The translations under genes were made by a program, and so were the position numbers. This document shows positions 13,519 through 27,600 of a stretch of 64,000 bases of DNA, in pieces. Below the pieces are notes generated by a model. That model worked only from the letters and a program-made list of their open reading frames with translations, made no database searches and was not told the DNA's origin. The DNA is from Eledone cirrhosa. Lineage: Eukaryota. Location of the stretch: NCBI GenBank assembly GCA_964016885.1, contig OZ024740.1, positions 362,328,001-362,392,000 on the forward strand, in the 5' to 3' direction. The number at the start of each line of letters is the position of its first letter. Position 1 is the first letter of the stretch.

Positions 13519-14890
13519 GCGATACAAGCCATGTATAAAGAAACAGTCAGCAAGGTTAGAATTAACAACGAATATAGTGAAGAGTTTAGCGTAAAAGTTG
13601 GCGTCCATCAGGGCTCTGTTCTCAGCCCCCTACTATTTATTATTGCCCTTCAGGCTATAACAGAAGAGTTCAAGACCGGCTGCCCATGGGAACTCCTATA
13701 CGCAGACGACCTGACACTCATAGCTGAATCAATGGCCGAGCTAGAGAAGAAATTCCAAACATGGAAGCACGGCCTAGAATCAAAAGGACTTAAAATTAAC
13801 CTGGCTAAGACTAAAGTTCTAGTTTGTAGGAAAGAAAATAAGGCGGCGGTCCCTTCCGGGAAATGGCCATGCTCAGTGTGTAGGAAAGGCGTAGGTAGAA
13901 ACTCCATTTTATGTCCCAAATGCAAAGTATGGGTGCATAAAAGATGTAGTGGGATCACAGGTAAGCTAACTAAGAACATAGATTTTACATGTGGCCGGTG
14001 CTCTGGTGCAATAAGTAGCAGCAAGGGCCCACAAAATACTAGCTCTTACAATTGCGCAGAGGGTTCTATAGAAATAGTGGACAGCTTCCGTTACCTGGGC
14101 GACAAAATCAGCAGTGGGGGAGGGTGCTCTGAAAGTACAGTAGCTAGAGTCAGAACTGGTTGGAAAAAGTTCAGAGAGCTTATACCACTATTAGCTGCTA
14201 AAGGGTTCTCCCTAAAAATGAAAGGCAGGTTGTATGATGCCTGCATATGAACAGCAATGCTGCATGGCAGTGAGACCTGGGCATTGTGTGCAGAGGATAT
14301 ACGCAGACTAGAGAGGAACGAAGCTTGCATGCTCCGCTGGATGTGTAACAGTAATATACGTGAACGGCAAAGCATAAACGAACTAAGGAAAAAATTAGAA
14401 ATAAGAAGGATCAGATGTTGTTTACTCGAGAGAAGGCTACGTTGGTATGGACACGTGATGCGCATGAAAGTCGATAGCTGTATAACAAAGTGCAGGGCAA
14501 TAAAGATAGACGGTAGCCACGGAATAGGCAGACCTAGAAAAACCTGGGACGAGCTGATAAACTCCGACCTCACACACTTACACCTCTCCAAGACAATGTC
14601 ACTGGACCGAGACCTTTGGCGGTACTCAGTAACAGAGAAGACCCGCCTTACCTAAATACATAGTAAAACCTACTACAGCCAGTAGGCATCTCTAACAAAA
14701 TACACCCCCGTCCCACCACCCCCACCCCATCCACACCACCCCCTTCTATGTAAAGTTATGTTGGTGCCACGCCATCCAGGCCGAAACAAATGAGATCGTG
14801 TAGGTGTCATGACAAAAAAACACACAGTCCACGCTGTAATGTGGCCGTGTAGGCAACACGGTAAAAACCTCCCAGCCCCACACTTTAAAT
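13519..14890 (+). mobile_element. 5'-truncated RTE LINE (RT plus C-terminus and 3' UTR)
   Basis: GVHQGSVLSPLLF, LLYADDL, PHD-like Cys cluster (CSVC..CPKC..H..C), RRLRWYGHVMRM, GRPRKTW; one in-frame stop at 14248-14250. Confidence 0.92.
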
Positions 14891-15877
14891 AAAACCCTCA
14901 AAAGTTGTCATTAATTAACTGAAATAGATAGCATTTTATTAGAAATAGGGGTTAAGATTCATTTTCACAATCAGTTTATCTATCTTTTATGAATTGTATC
15001 TGTTTTTGACTTAAAGGAGATGTTACTAACCTGATTTTGGTTATTGACTTGTTCTAAATATTGGTGTATTTCAAGAAATGTCAGATCTTCATACTGTTTT
15101 TCCTGCCATAAATCTAATAGATTCACAGCTGGCAAAGTTTATAGGCTGATAGTCTGTTGATGTAAAGTTCAAGATAAATAAAGTTGATTTGCAATGAGGT
15201 GTGTAAACTCTTGGCCTTTGAATTTGAATTGAGAAAGTGATAGTACTTAGAAATTTATTGTAGAACAGAAATGTACAATGATGAAAGCATTTTTTTTTTA
15301 TAAATGATTAAAACAAGAAGAGAGTAAAAAGAGAAAAACTTGAAGGGTGGTTAAATAATAAAAAGAAGGAAGGGAGATGAGAAGAGGCAACTTGGTTGGG
15401 TGGTATATCTCAGCTGCATTCCACAGAAAAGATGACAAAGCATTGCTATGGAGAACAGCCAGCAACATTCACTGCACCAGACATTTCACCTCACGGGGCT
15501 CCTCCATTAGGTGGTATACACTCTTCCTAATTTTGAAGAGGAAGATGACAGTCCAGGGACTGAGAACACCAGAAATCTCAATGGCAACCAGCACAACAAT
15601 GAAGCAGTCAATCAAGTCCCAGTATGTTGGCTGAAGAATTCATAGTTCATAATCCATCACCAGCACTGCTATCTGTTGTGGGCAGCAGCAGTATTTAAGC
15701 CTTGTTGATACCATATTTCTAATTTAGTTAAAAACTGCAATGTGATAGATTTTAGTTATTGGTCAAGAAACGAATGGCATCAGAGTAGACTGACTGAAAA
15801 TCAATTATTGTCTATCAATTAACATCTATTTGGTAGCCTACCATAGTTTTATTAATTTCAAATTTTAAAAATACCAT

Positions 15878-16046
15878 TATAATTGTTTCTTAATTTGGCA
15901 CAAGGCCAGCAATTATACCAGTGTATTACTGGTACTTTATTTTATCGACCTCGTAAGGATGAAAGGCAAAGTTAACCTCGGCAGGATTTGAAACCAGACC
16001 ATAAAGGGCCGTAATTCTTTGCTGCAAAGCATGGCATCAGACCCTC
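15878..16046 (-). mobile_element. tRNA-derived SINE
   Basis: Same sequence family as 23142-23329. Confidence 0.8.
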
Positions 16047-16171
16047 TACCAATACTGCCAATCCATTATGATATCATAATGTTATAGCAACAAAATAAAA
16101 GGGAAAAGAAAATGAATAAAAATTAGGTGGAGAAATGGGGCGGGGAAAACACTAGACCCTGGGTTGGATGG

Positions 16172-16205
<34 letters not shown>

Positions 16206-16514
16206 GAAAGTTTGTATTTCTAAAGAAACCCAGTATGTTTACAGAAAATATTTAGGAAGCCGTAGCTATGCAAACACTGGAGCTAACACCCTCTGGTGGT
16301 GTCCAGTAGAAGCAAGGGGGACAACCGTCTATGCATTTCAGGCTTGACTGGCCTTCTTCTGGACGGTCCCTCCCACCGCTTGCAACTGCTGGACCTGAGA
16401 ACAGTCGAGAATATATAGTTTTCTTGTCTGTGTAAATGAGGTGATTAATCTCATTTGCATATGAAGCTGCATAAGTTGGCTCAACTTATAATAGAATAGA
16501 AATAGGATTTTGCT
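16206..16514 (-). mobile_element. HHR-containing non-coding repeat, family A (retrozyme/pLTR-like), copy 1
   Basis: Between TA tracts; homologous to 39414-39850; contains octamer, TATA and HHR on the minus strand. Confidence 0.75.
16324..16367 (-). ncRNA. Type I minimal hammerhead ribozyme, core variant (U4A)
   Basis: ACCGTC-CAGAAGA-AGGC cagtcaa GCCT-GAAA-TGCA-TA-GACGGT. Confidence 0.7.
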
Positions 16515-16542
16515 TATATATATATATATTATATATATTATA

Positions 16543-16806
16543 TCACTCGATATGCAAATTAGGCTGCTCAGCCGTTAATATGCATAAGGAAAGTATATAC
16601 TTTCAGACGTTCAACCATCTGGCAGGAAGGTATACGATGCTGACGATAGCTAATAAGCTTGAAACTAGTACATCGTTCCTGTGTCAGTGTTGAACAAAAA
16701 GGTGACGTGGTTGCCTAAACACTGTACGGCGTAATTCGGGCTGTTTGTTTGTTTACAAACAAACAAACCGAACATTATAATAAATGTTCGGTAAACCGAT
16801 ACGTGC
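16543..16806 (+). mobile_element. HHR-containing non-coding insert, family B
   Basis: Between TA-rich tracts; octamer ATGCAAAT 16552-16559, TATATA 16594-16599, HHR 16634-16676, 3' hairpins 16743-16792. Confidence 0.65.
16634..16676 (+). ncRNA. Type I minimal hammerhead ribozyme
   Basis: ACGATG-CTGACGA-T AGC taataa GCT T-GAAA-CTAG-TA-CATCGT; helix I extendable by CAGGAA/TTCCTG; predicted cleavage 3' of 16670. Confidence 0.85.
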
Positions 16807-16981
16807 ATATATATGTGTGCATGTATGTATATATATACATACTACTGTACGTCTGTATACATATATGTATGTACGTATACATACATACTTACATTTAAGT
16901 AAGTGCCGTACTAAGAGTGAGAAATGAAATTTTGTTTCATTCTATTCCATTTATATTATATATATATATATATATATACAT

Positions 16982-17016
<35 letters not shown>

Positions 17017-19759
17017 AATATATATATGTATGTATATATATATACCAATTTGTTACTTTTGGCATTGAAAGGGAGCTCATAAAAAAAAAAGGGAGTACAT
17101 TCTGTTAATCTGTAAATTATATTAAGAGATCAGAAATGGATGATTATAATAGCAAGTATTATAATCATCCATTTGTAACTTCAATTGTGAATGGAAAATA
17201 TAAAACTTATATCAAATACAAATAAAAGATAGACATTTTCAAGCAACATTGAAACAACTACTACAAGTCACATATATAAATGATCCATTGTGAACCACTT
17301 ATAATTTATAATGGTTGCTTTATAAAAGGGTCTCATATAGCTACAAGAAGTAGGATATCCTCAATTATATGAGTTTCAAGAGCTTCAAGAACTAATTATA
17401 GCTTTACTATAATTAGCCGACATAAGCCTGACGGTGAAAGTATACTAACCTTGTTTTGATTCATGCATGTCAATAAAGAGGATAAATTGTCTTGATGATA
17501 TTGTTAGTATATTTTCTATTGAATATTGACAAAGGGAAATTGAAACACTTGTCATTCATGTCAACAGCTGTTGTAGTTGTTTAGCCCCAGGTCAAGCCTG
17601 ATTGAGCAGACCTATGATCCAAGATCAATTATGACCACCTCAACTGTTTGACACTCTCTATGACAATGTAACTTTCTCATTTTTGAGCTGATGCTTGGAG
17701 CATAGCTTAACAAAGGCTCTTACATAAAATTATGGTGGAAGATATTTAAATAAATATATACAGCTTTGTGTCACAGAACCAGGAAATTTGATAACAAAAG
17801 GGTTAAGGTTGTGTAGGATTACATTATCTAACAGGTCTTACTTTAGCATGTGATCTACTCAATATCCCTAGTCTCCACTGTGTAATGACCTAACCTATCA
17901 GATTTGTTTGTGATATTTGTTTGACCTGATCTGTCACTTTTTCTGGCATTCCTAATTGATATACAAAGAGTATATTGTTAAATGATTTAATGTAAATTGT
18001 TGATTTTGAAGATTAAGAGTATGCAATTAATAATAAATCATTATTCAATATTATTTAACTTGTTTTTTATCATCTCACAGAATAACGTTTTATTGTTGAG
18101 GTGGACTACATACTGAGCTGTAAATATGCAGGTAGACTTAATGCTGAACTGTAAATATCCTGGTAGACTGAACACTAAAGTGTAAACAACTAGGTAGTGT
18201 ATGAATTTATGTCTGTTTGTATATTTGTGTGCAAGTGAGTCTGTGAATGAGTGAGTGTGCGCGTGCATGAATGTGTGCAGTCAAGAGAAATTACTCCTCC
18301 GAACTGAAAAGCAGAATTATGTCTTTTTTTCCCCCAACAAACTTCCATTTTTGGTTTTTTTTTGTCTTTGCAGCAATCAACTTCTGGTTCCAGACCAAAA
18401 TGGCCATACTGCGATGTGCACAACTGAAGAGTGCATATGGGAAATAAATCAAATAGTTCATGCAGAGTTATAGATTGATTGGTAGGTAGGAGTTTGTATT
18501 GTAGAAATTAAAAGATAAAGGGGTTGTGGATTTGCAGTAAAAATATAAATACAATCAGAATGAAAAATAAATTATGAAATGGGATTGGGGTGTTCTATGA
18601 TCAATAATGTTACGATAAGATAGTCATAGATTAAGCCTTCACTGGAGGATGCTATCTATGCAGCCTTTACTCCAAAGAGACTATGCATATATTGGCCTCA
18701 AACTAAACCCTCTTAAACAAAATGTCTGAACTCATCCCAATGTTTAGACACAAGATATACAAGACATATCTCAACCACAAACACAATCCTTGATGATAAA
18801 ATACTTGTTACTATAATACCAAATAAAACCAACATTTATACAGCCAATACTTATAGCCCATACTGGTTTTCATACAGGGTATTAAATGCACACCCATTAT
18901 CACCAAGCAAAAGCCAACTGACTACAATGGCATCCACACGCAAGAAAGAAAACATACATCACGACATAATACACCAACTATAATGCCAACTAAGGTATAC
19001 ATAAAGATAAATGTTCTATACCACATAACTAAACACCAATTTTTAGCCTCTCCTTGAAAGAGCTAATGAAATAACACACAACCAAAAGCACACACCTTTG
19101 AAAACTACCTCATTAGGCAATGCCTACATAAGACTCACACCCATAACAACTTACACCGATAATACATATTTACTAACCTACATAAGTAATGTACCAAATA
19201 CAGAGAACACCTACCATATACAATGCCTATATAAACTTTTTCTTTCACCCATTTTTCCCTTTTTGGAAGTGGGTGGGGTGGGGGGTGTACCATCAGTAAT
19301 CAAATAATATTAGAAATCACCTAGATCCTAGATCAATCAACTAGAACAAACACACAGACACAAATACTAGCTATCTGGAGACACAATTTAGCATCACTAA
19401 CTCATAAAATACTATTTTGATTAATGACCAGACAAAACACATTATTTTACCTCCCACTCGTGCTTTCATAAAAAGTAACTCAAACTACACCATCTATATG
19501 ACTGTTTTATCATAATCTATTGACCTATCGAATATCACAATTCCATTTTATTCTTATTCTTATTTTTGTTCTGATTGCACTGTTACAATACAACTTCATA
19601 CTTGTCAATCAATGTATAACTCCATGCCTGAGGAAATAGTCATGGCTAAAGTTAACATAAACTGCTTGATTAATTTCTCATCTAACCATCAAAATGGTTT
19701 ATGCTTAACTGTGGGGCTCCCCATCCTTTAGAAAGAATGCCAGAGAATCATTACTGTTG

Positions 19760-20550
19760 GAAGCGAGAAAGTCAGATTTGGTTAATATTGACAATTGCAA
19801 AGACAAAATCCATTACAAATGAGAGAAGAAAGCTGTAAACAAGTGGATGGAAAAAAAATGCTTGGACAGTATCTGGGGGACACAGCTGAAACTGATGTGG
19901 AAAAGAGGTGGCTATGGATACACAAGAGTGATCTGAAACCAATAACAGAAGAATTGATCAGTGCCACTTAGGAGCAGACCATAAGAACAAAGTACATTAA
20001 ACTTAGTATTGACCATGCAGCAGAAAGTGACAAATTTACTGTGTGCAGAAAAAGGGGAGACTGTGTGGTACATCACAAGTCAATGCACAAAACTAGTCCC
20101 AAAATTATATAATGATTTCATGGTAATGTGGTTAGGATCATCTGCTGAGTGCTGTGCAAAAAGTACAGTCTTGTGAGGGCATGTAAATGGTACATACACA
20201 AACCAGAAGGCAGTGTGGAGAATGATTGTGTCCAAATTCTGTGGGATTTTCTGGTCCAATGTGACCATGAAATAGAACATAGAAAATCAGATATCATGGT
20301 GATAGACAAAAACTGCAAACAGCATTTTATCTATAAAATAGCCTGCTCTGCAGAAAACAAGGTTTGTGACAAAGAAAGCAAGAAAAAGGAAAGATACAAA
20401 ATGCTAGTTTGGAAGATGGTCACGGAAAAGGGTAGAAGTGATTCTGATTGTTGTGGGTGCACTAGGTACAGTCAATCAACAAACAAAGAACATTTGCAGA
20501 GGACCAGCATTACTTGGAACTGCTCGAATACTCAGAAAACTTCTTGAAAA
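19760..20550 (+). mobile_element. Old R4/RLE-type LINE C-terminal fragment
   Basis: QTIRTKYIK..C.KKGETV..ITS and ILWDFLVQCDHEIEHRKSDIMVIDK resemble the CCHC/RLE region; heavily decayed. Confidence 0.7.
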
Positions 20551-20660
20551 TTGAAGGTGTCACCTCAGTTTACAGGCTATGAACATGAACAGCTGACATC
20601 TCTATTCCATCACCAGCTTTAGGTGCTGTGAAACAACACACTACTACTACTACTAATAAT

Positions 20661-20882
20661 AATAATGGTTTCTTATATCGGCACAAAGCCAGCAATTTTG
20701 GGGGAGGAGAAAGTCGATTAAATCAACCCCAGTGTGTTACTGGTACTTTATTTTATGGACCCCGTAAGGATGAAAGGCAAAGCTACCCTTGGTGGGATTT
20801 GAACTCAGAAAATAAAGGGACGTAACTCTATGCTGCAAAGCATGACGTCCGACCCTCTACCGATACTGCCAATTCACCGTCC
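20661..20882 (-). mobile_element. tRNA-derived SINE
   Basis: Same family; includes head GGACGGTGAATTGGCAGTATCGG. Confidence 0.8.
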
Positions 20883-20939
20883 TTACCGTCCAATTAATTA
20901 CAATAATAATAAACTGAAAATATTTGGACTGAATACCTG

Positions 20940-22410
20940 TAAAGCCAATCATTGTCAACTGCTACAAAGGTAAAGGTGATGTACTAGATAGAGGAAACTA
21001 TAAAGGTATAAAGCTGATGGACCAGGTCATGAAAGTAACAGAAAGAGTTATAGCACAGTTGATTAGGGACCGGGTGAAACTAGACGAGATGCAATTTGGG
21101 TTTGTACCAGGAAGAGGCACCACTGATGCCCTCTTCCTTGTCAGGCAGTTACAGGAAAAGTACCTAGCTAAAAGTAAGCCACTCTACCTGGCATTCGTCG
21201 ATCTTGAGAAAGCCTTTGACAGAGTTCCACGTGCTGTAATCTGGTGGGCTCTTAGAAAACTAGGAGTAGATGAATGGCTTGTGAAAGCGGTACAAGCCAT
21301 GTATAGGGGAGCAGTCAGCAAAGTTAGGATTAGCAATGAGTATAGCAAGGAATTTAGCGTACAGGTTGGGGTCCACCAGGGCTCTGTTCTTAGCCCCCTC
21401 CTGTTCATCATAGTCCTGCAGGCAATAACGGAGGAGTTTAAGACCAGATGCCCATGGGAACTCCTGTATGCTGATGACCTCACACTTATAGCTGAATCTA
21501 TGGTAGTAACTAGAGAAGAAATTCCAAACTTGGAAGCAGGGACTAGAAAGAAAGGGTCTCAAAGTCAACCTGACAAAGACTAAGGTCCTTGTAAGTAGAC
21601 GAAAAAACAGAACCCAGATCCCCTCAGGGAAATGGCCTTGCTCAGTATGTAGGAAAGGTATAGGTAGGAACTCCATTCTCTGCCCCAAATGCAAACAATG
21701 GGTACACAAGAGATGTAGCGGGATCTCAGGAAGCTTAATTAAGAATGTAGGCTTCACATGCAGCAGCTGTGCTGGGACAGCAAGCAGCAAACAGCCACAG
21801 GAAACAAGTACCACCAATCTCTGGGAGGGTTCTGTAGAAACAGTAGACAGCTGCTGCTACCTAGGTGACTGAATTAGCAGCGGAGGTGGGACATGTGATG
21901 CATATGAAGGATGACAGCTGCATAAAAAGGTGTAGAGCACTAGAAGTCAATGGAAGCCACGGAGTGGGGAGACCCAAGATGACCTGGGATGAGGTGATAA
22001 AAGCCGACCTTACCCAATTATACCTCTCAAAGGCGATGACACACGACCGTGACCTCTGGCGTCACGCAGTAATACAGAGTACCCGACCTCCCATGGGTAC
22101 AAGCTGAAGCATATAGACAATATGCCCCCACACCCCCCACTGCAAGGTGGTCTTGGAGGTGCCACGGCAAAAAAGCACCCAGCCCACACTGTAAAGTGGA
22201 CGTGTAGGCACCACGAAAAAGCACCCAGCACTCACTGTAAATGAGGTTGGTGTTAGGAAGGGCATCCAGCTGTAGAAATCAAGCCAAATCAGTTCCTGTA
22301 TGAGCAAGGCATGGTCAGCCGACCAGACACTGCCCACAACAGGACAACCCGTCTAACCCATGCTAGCGTGGAAGAACGGACGTAAAACGGTGATGATGAT
22401 GATGATGATG
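20940..22410 (+). mobile_element. RTE LINE, truncated and internally deleted, with full 3' UTR
   Basis: QFGFVPGRGTTDA, FVDLEKAFDRVPR, GVHQGSVLSP, YADD; 3' UTR with repeated GCACCCAG..CACTGTAAA units and (GAT)n tail. Confidence 0.92.
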
Positions 22411-23141
22411 ACACTATCTTTGATACTTTACACAATATATCTTTAAAAATCACACATGTTTAAATATACACCTACACTCACACATATAATGCCACTAATA
22501 CACACTCTCCACTTTTCATACTAACTCGTTACTAAGACTACCTAACGGTTTGAAGTACAAGAATTATGGAATTGCAGCATTTGATTTCATCTCGCTATGT
22601 TCTGGGTTAAAATTGCTGGGGACAACTTTATTTTCAAACCAGGATAATTATTTTCATTCTTATCTGAGCTAAATTCAATTGACAATGGGGATATTTTTTA
22701 TCAGTTAGTCAAGAGAGAGGGCAATTCCTATGACTCCTTTCTAGAGCCTCAAAAACTGATGGGTGGGAAGGAAGAAAATATCTCTGATCTGGAAGCCTGG
22801 CCCAAATGCTTGCAAGTGGACCCTGCTAAAAACACTAAAGAGCCAGCTGGTGGCAGTAAACCAAGAGATGAATACAGACTCACTCAAGTAAACCCCAGCT
22901 GGATTTGAACTCAGAACACAAAGATCCAAAACAAATACCTTGAGGCAATCTGTCTGACATTCTAAGAATTCACCCTGAACTTGTGATTTATTTGTCAAAC
23001 CTAGAAAGATAAAAGGTAAATTTGGACTCTAGGATGTGAACCTAAAATATAAGGATCCCAAATAAATACCACAAGGTATTTCAGCCAATGCTCTGATGTT
23101 TCTGTCAGTTCACTGCTTTATAGGTTGTGGAACACAATAAT

Positions 23142-23329
23142 TGTTTCTACTTTTGGCACAAGGCCAGCAATTACCCAGTGCATTACTGGTACTTTATTTT
23201 ATCGACCCCGTAAGGATGAAAGGCAAAGTTAACCTCGGCGGGATTTGAACTCAGAATGGCAAGGGCCGTAACTCTATGCATCAAAGCATGGCATCCAACC
23301 CTCTACCGATACTGCCAATTCACCGCCCT
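23142..23329 (-). mobile_element. Full-length tRNA-derived SINE with 19-bp TSD
   Basis: A box TGGCAGTATCGG, B box GTTCAAATCC; direct repeat GGTTGTGGAACACAATAAT at 23123-23141 and 23330-23348. Confidence 0.9.
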
Positions 23330-23679
23330 GGTTGTGGAACACAATAATGATGACAGATTGAGGAGTGAGTGGTAGGGCATGTGGGCCTAGAAAATGAGTG
23401 TATACAAATACCTAGTTCAGAAGATCAGAAACCATTATCTATACAAATGGTATACATGAGCATCCTCAAATGTACATAACAATACAATGAAAGAATATAT
23501 TTGAAAAATTTTGACAATTTTAGAAACCGATATATTGAAATATATTATTGAATGTGTAACTACAAGCTACAAATGTTTTAAGCTAATTTCCCTGTTAAAG
23601 CAGTGTTTTAGGATCAAAGATACAATCAAGAAGATGAAGAGCTATGGGACCGTCATAGATAGTAGCTGAGATGCTAAAA

Positions 23680-23960
23680 TCATTGGGAGACGTTTTTCTT
23701 CAATTCTCTAAATATGAGAGAGTTATAGGTATCAATATCCATGCTGTACAGATTGTTTGTCTTGTCTGCATGCTCTAGTATTTCATTTGATTCCTTAAGT
23801 TCATTGAGTTTGGCTTCTAGATTTCTCAGGTCCACTGAATGTTCTTTTGAGGAATTTTCGGTTTGAAATGATTACGATCATTTCATTCTCAAACTCCTCT
23901 AGTATTTTAGTTTCTCAGGGATTCCTCCTATATTTGTTCAACTCCAGACTATTTGAATTT
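23680..23960 (-). pseudogene. Penelope-like element RT N-terminal remnant (Naiad/Neptune-like)
   Basis: Hand translation of the minus strand gives LEEFENEMIVIISNRKF and LEAKLNELKESNEILEHADKTNNLYSMDIDTYNSLI, resembling the PLE DKG/DKT motif region. Confidence 0.6.
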
Positions 23961-24378
23961 CTGTTCTGGTCCCCTCTGTCAAAATGGAAATGCTTGCCAC
24001 CACATTCTTCATATATTATATATAAGCCATCATCATCATCGTCCATTTTCCTCGCTAGCATGGGTTTTATATATATATATATATTTTTCTTGATGAATTT
24101 TTATGTATTTCATTGGTCTATTTAAAATCTGTTCCCAAACAGACCTGTAATTTTGAATTGTTGTTATTATCAATAAATATACTTCATTATTTCTGAAGAC
24201 AGCATATATATGTGTTGGTATGTATATTCTCTTTGATAGTTTGTATAATTTTGTACATAGATCTGTTGAATATGCATGCCAATTCTAACACATATATGTC
24301 CTAGAAACGATCGTTAAATAATGAACTTTTTTTGTTTAATATAAGGAACTGTTTCATTGTTTTATTCATTATTTTTTT

Positions 24379-24420
<42 letters not shown>

Positions 24421-24515
24421 TATGTGTATATGTGTTTATATATATGTGTATATGTGTTTATATATATATTTATACACACACATGCGAGGTCGTGCACGCA
24501 CACACACACACACAC

Positions 24516-24570
<55 letters not shown>

Positions 24571-24577
24571 CACACAG

Positions 24578-24611
<34 letters not shown>

Positions 24612-24614
24612 GTC

Positions 24615-24645
<31 letters not shown>

Positions 24646-27600
24646 CACATTCAAACACATACAATTCACAGAAGCTATGATAACATTAATTGGAGAAATG
24701 CACACTCACACACACCAATACACCCACACATACACATATACATATTCTTGCAACACACACAGTGTACAAAAACAGGCATAAATGTACTTTTGAGAACAAA
24801 CTAAAATATGTACAAAATTCACCATTTAATATTAATTGTAAAACACTCACACATATTCGCACACATACACATAGACATACAATCACATTCTCTCTCACAT
24901 ACACATATGCATATGCATACACATATGTTGAGAATCTGCGGGTTCCTATGATGAGTATTCCAGTTATTTGACCAATGGAACAGCCCACTCATTTATTTAT
25001 TTATTTATTCTATTTAAACGTCCGTATAGAGCTAGTAAGCCATGACAGACTAGGGGAAATATTGAGTACTCCTTACAGTTGGTAATCAAAAAGAGCTAGT
25101 GAGACAATTAATAAAAAAAAAGATTTTAAAAGAGGGAAAACTAAAATAACAATAACATTACAAATATTGAAGTCCAATGAGAGGCAAATTATGCATAGGA
25201 AAACAAAAAAGAAAAGAGGAAACAAGGGAAGCTGTAAAAAAGCTAGAAGTTTCTATTGTCGAATCTTTTCATAGCTTCCATGTACTCAAAGATTTTGTTT
25301 ATATTTGATAGACCTGTAATCATATATTGAACTTCCAATCTTGGTAGTTTTTTTAAAGATTTGTTTCAGCATGGCCTCTCTCTCAGACTGATAGTTTCTA
25401 CATTATTGTAGGCAATCAAGTCTTGCCTACTCAGCTGCTAATCAATATGTCAACCAGTCCATTATTTTTACCATTCAGCCTCTATTCCCTTTTCCTATCA
25501 TCCTTTCTGTTGTTTCCAGATATTCTAAGGTCTCTCTTCTCGTTACATGTCTCAAAATCACAGGCACACTAACATACACCATATCAATGCTCAACCATAT
25601 AAATACCCCATCACACTAACATACACCACACTAATACTACTACATATTACACCAATACTACCATACATCACACCAACACTACCTTGTGCCACACCAACAC
25701 TACTCTACACCACATCAACACTACCATGCACTATACCAATACAACCATACATCACATACCACCAGCCAAGCTATTAACCCATCCATTAGTTTTAGTGTTT
25801 GCCTATCTTTACTCCTATTGTATTTCCTGTTGTTTCCAGAGGCTCCAGGGATTCATTTGTTATTTCTTGATGATGTTAGCTAGTGTGAACCTCCTTTGTT
25901 TTATCCTTAATAATGTTTTGCCAGCAGTCTCTTGACGACCATCAAGAAATATAAATAATTTAAAATATCATTGTTTAGTATCATTGTACTAGATGCATAG
26001 AAAAGGGTTAGCCCTTTTGCAACCATATTTGTAATGAAATACAATGTATTTCAATGAATTAATGAATATTTTTGAAGGATTTTCTAAAATGTTTAATTAT
26101 TTCACTACTAAGATAGTAACTTAACATACAGTTTTTATACAAAGTTATGTTGGATGATTTTAATTTAGATAGGAAGCCTTTAAAATAGGTATTTTTGTTT
26201 CATAGAATCAGAGCTGGTTTTGACCAGGTTGGTATCAAAGGAATTACCACATGTACTAAAATATAAGCTAAGGAATATATGACAAAAAAAAAATCAATGG
26301 TCAGCTTATATTCGTGGATAGTACTTTAACGATTTTGACCAAGTTCAAATTCTATGTAAATAAGATGCTAGAATATCTGGAGGGATTATTTTACAATGAT
26401 GTATTCCCTTGAAAATATTTCCAACAAATTTTTATAATTTGAACTTTTTAATACATAAATATCCCAGACACATACACACATGTATAAGCATGCACTCACA
26501 CATACACATATGTATGCATATATGCACACATGTGCATACATATACAATGTTTTCTTGCTCTGCCTCTTCATCTCTAGCTTGCTGAGTCTCCCTCCTTCCC
26601 TACTCTATAAATCCCTCTACAATGTTTTTTTTTATCTTTTGCTTTCATTTATTCCCAACATGTGAGTGGTTGGAAGTAAACAACAATTTGAGGAACTTAT
26701 TGAAACTTAACATAATGAACACTCATTACATAATGGAGTTGTGAAACAAAAACTATTTTAAACATCAAAATATTAAAACTTAATAAATGTACTTTATACT
26801 CATGAGAATTTCAAGAATACGCTGTCTAAATAATATGTTGCTCAGCTGCCTTGGCTTATAAATGAGGTTTGGATTTTTACCCATGTTTCAGGGGTTGGTA
26901 TATATAGTAAATCAATTGCTGGAAGGAGAGAAGGCAAGGTCAAACCAGATGAATTTTAGCTCTGAAAATAAAGGGAGATAATACTAAATACAATTAAACA
27001 TTTTTGACTGGTGATCAACAGATTCACGCATCCAACACTTTTGAAAAAAGTGTTTTAACCCTTAATGTCCTGTACATCGTAAAACCACATTAGCAAGATT
27101 TTCTTGCAAAGTACAAAATAGCATGACATAAAAAAGTCTTTATAGTCTTTAATTTGATATGATGAGCTGTCTACTAGTAAAGACATTCTAAACATTTGAA
27201 TTAACAAGCACGTGCAACTACAGAAAAACGGACATAAAAACAATGGTGAGGATGATGATGAATATTAGATATTTTCTGCTAAATCATTGCAGGTTGTTAA
27301 GAAAAATATAATGGCAAGAACAATACTTGAGCTTTTATCAAAATCACATCCAACACAACTTACAATGCTTCATTTGAAAGAAGAAAAAATCCCTCACAGA
27401 AATAAGATACAAATAGACCAATGTATCATGTTGAATTAATGGGTTGTCTTTTATTTCTTTAAAATATAATGAACTAAATAGTGATCTGGTATCAATGTTC
27501 TGATCTTAGTAAGAGTAAAATCTGTATACATCAACAACAGCAAAAAGAACATTTGTTCAAAGTAGCGCAATTAGAAATATTGATTGTTTAGAAATACAGA

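Noticed and set aside
18418-18455. CTGAAGA..GAAA..TC
   Set aside because: Helices I and II do not pair.
19624-19705. CTGAGGA as an HHR after a possibly PLE-derived region (18610-19450)
   Set aside because: No intact GAAA or convincing helix I; the upstream region is too decayed to assign.
23235-23329. tRNA gene
   Set aside because: The A/B boxes belong to a SINE head; no cloverleaf, and it is fused to a SINE body with a TSD.
24332-24988. Many overlapping ORFs rich in Y/I/C/V/H/T (also near 30500, 42650, 56200, 57300)
   Set aside because: These are translations of (TA)n, (TG)n and (TATG)n microsatellites, not proteins.
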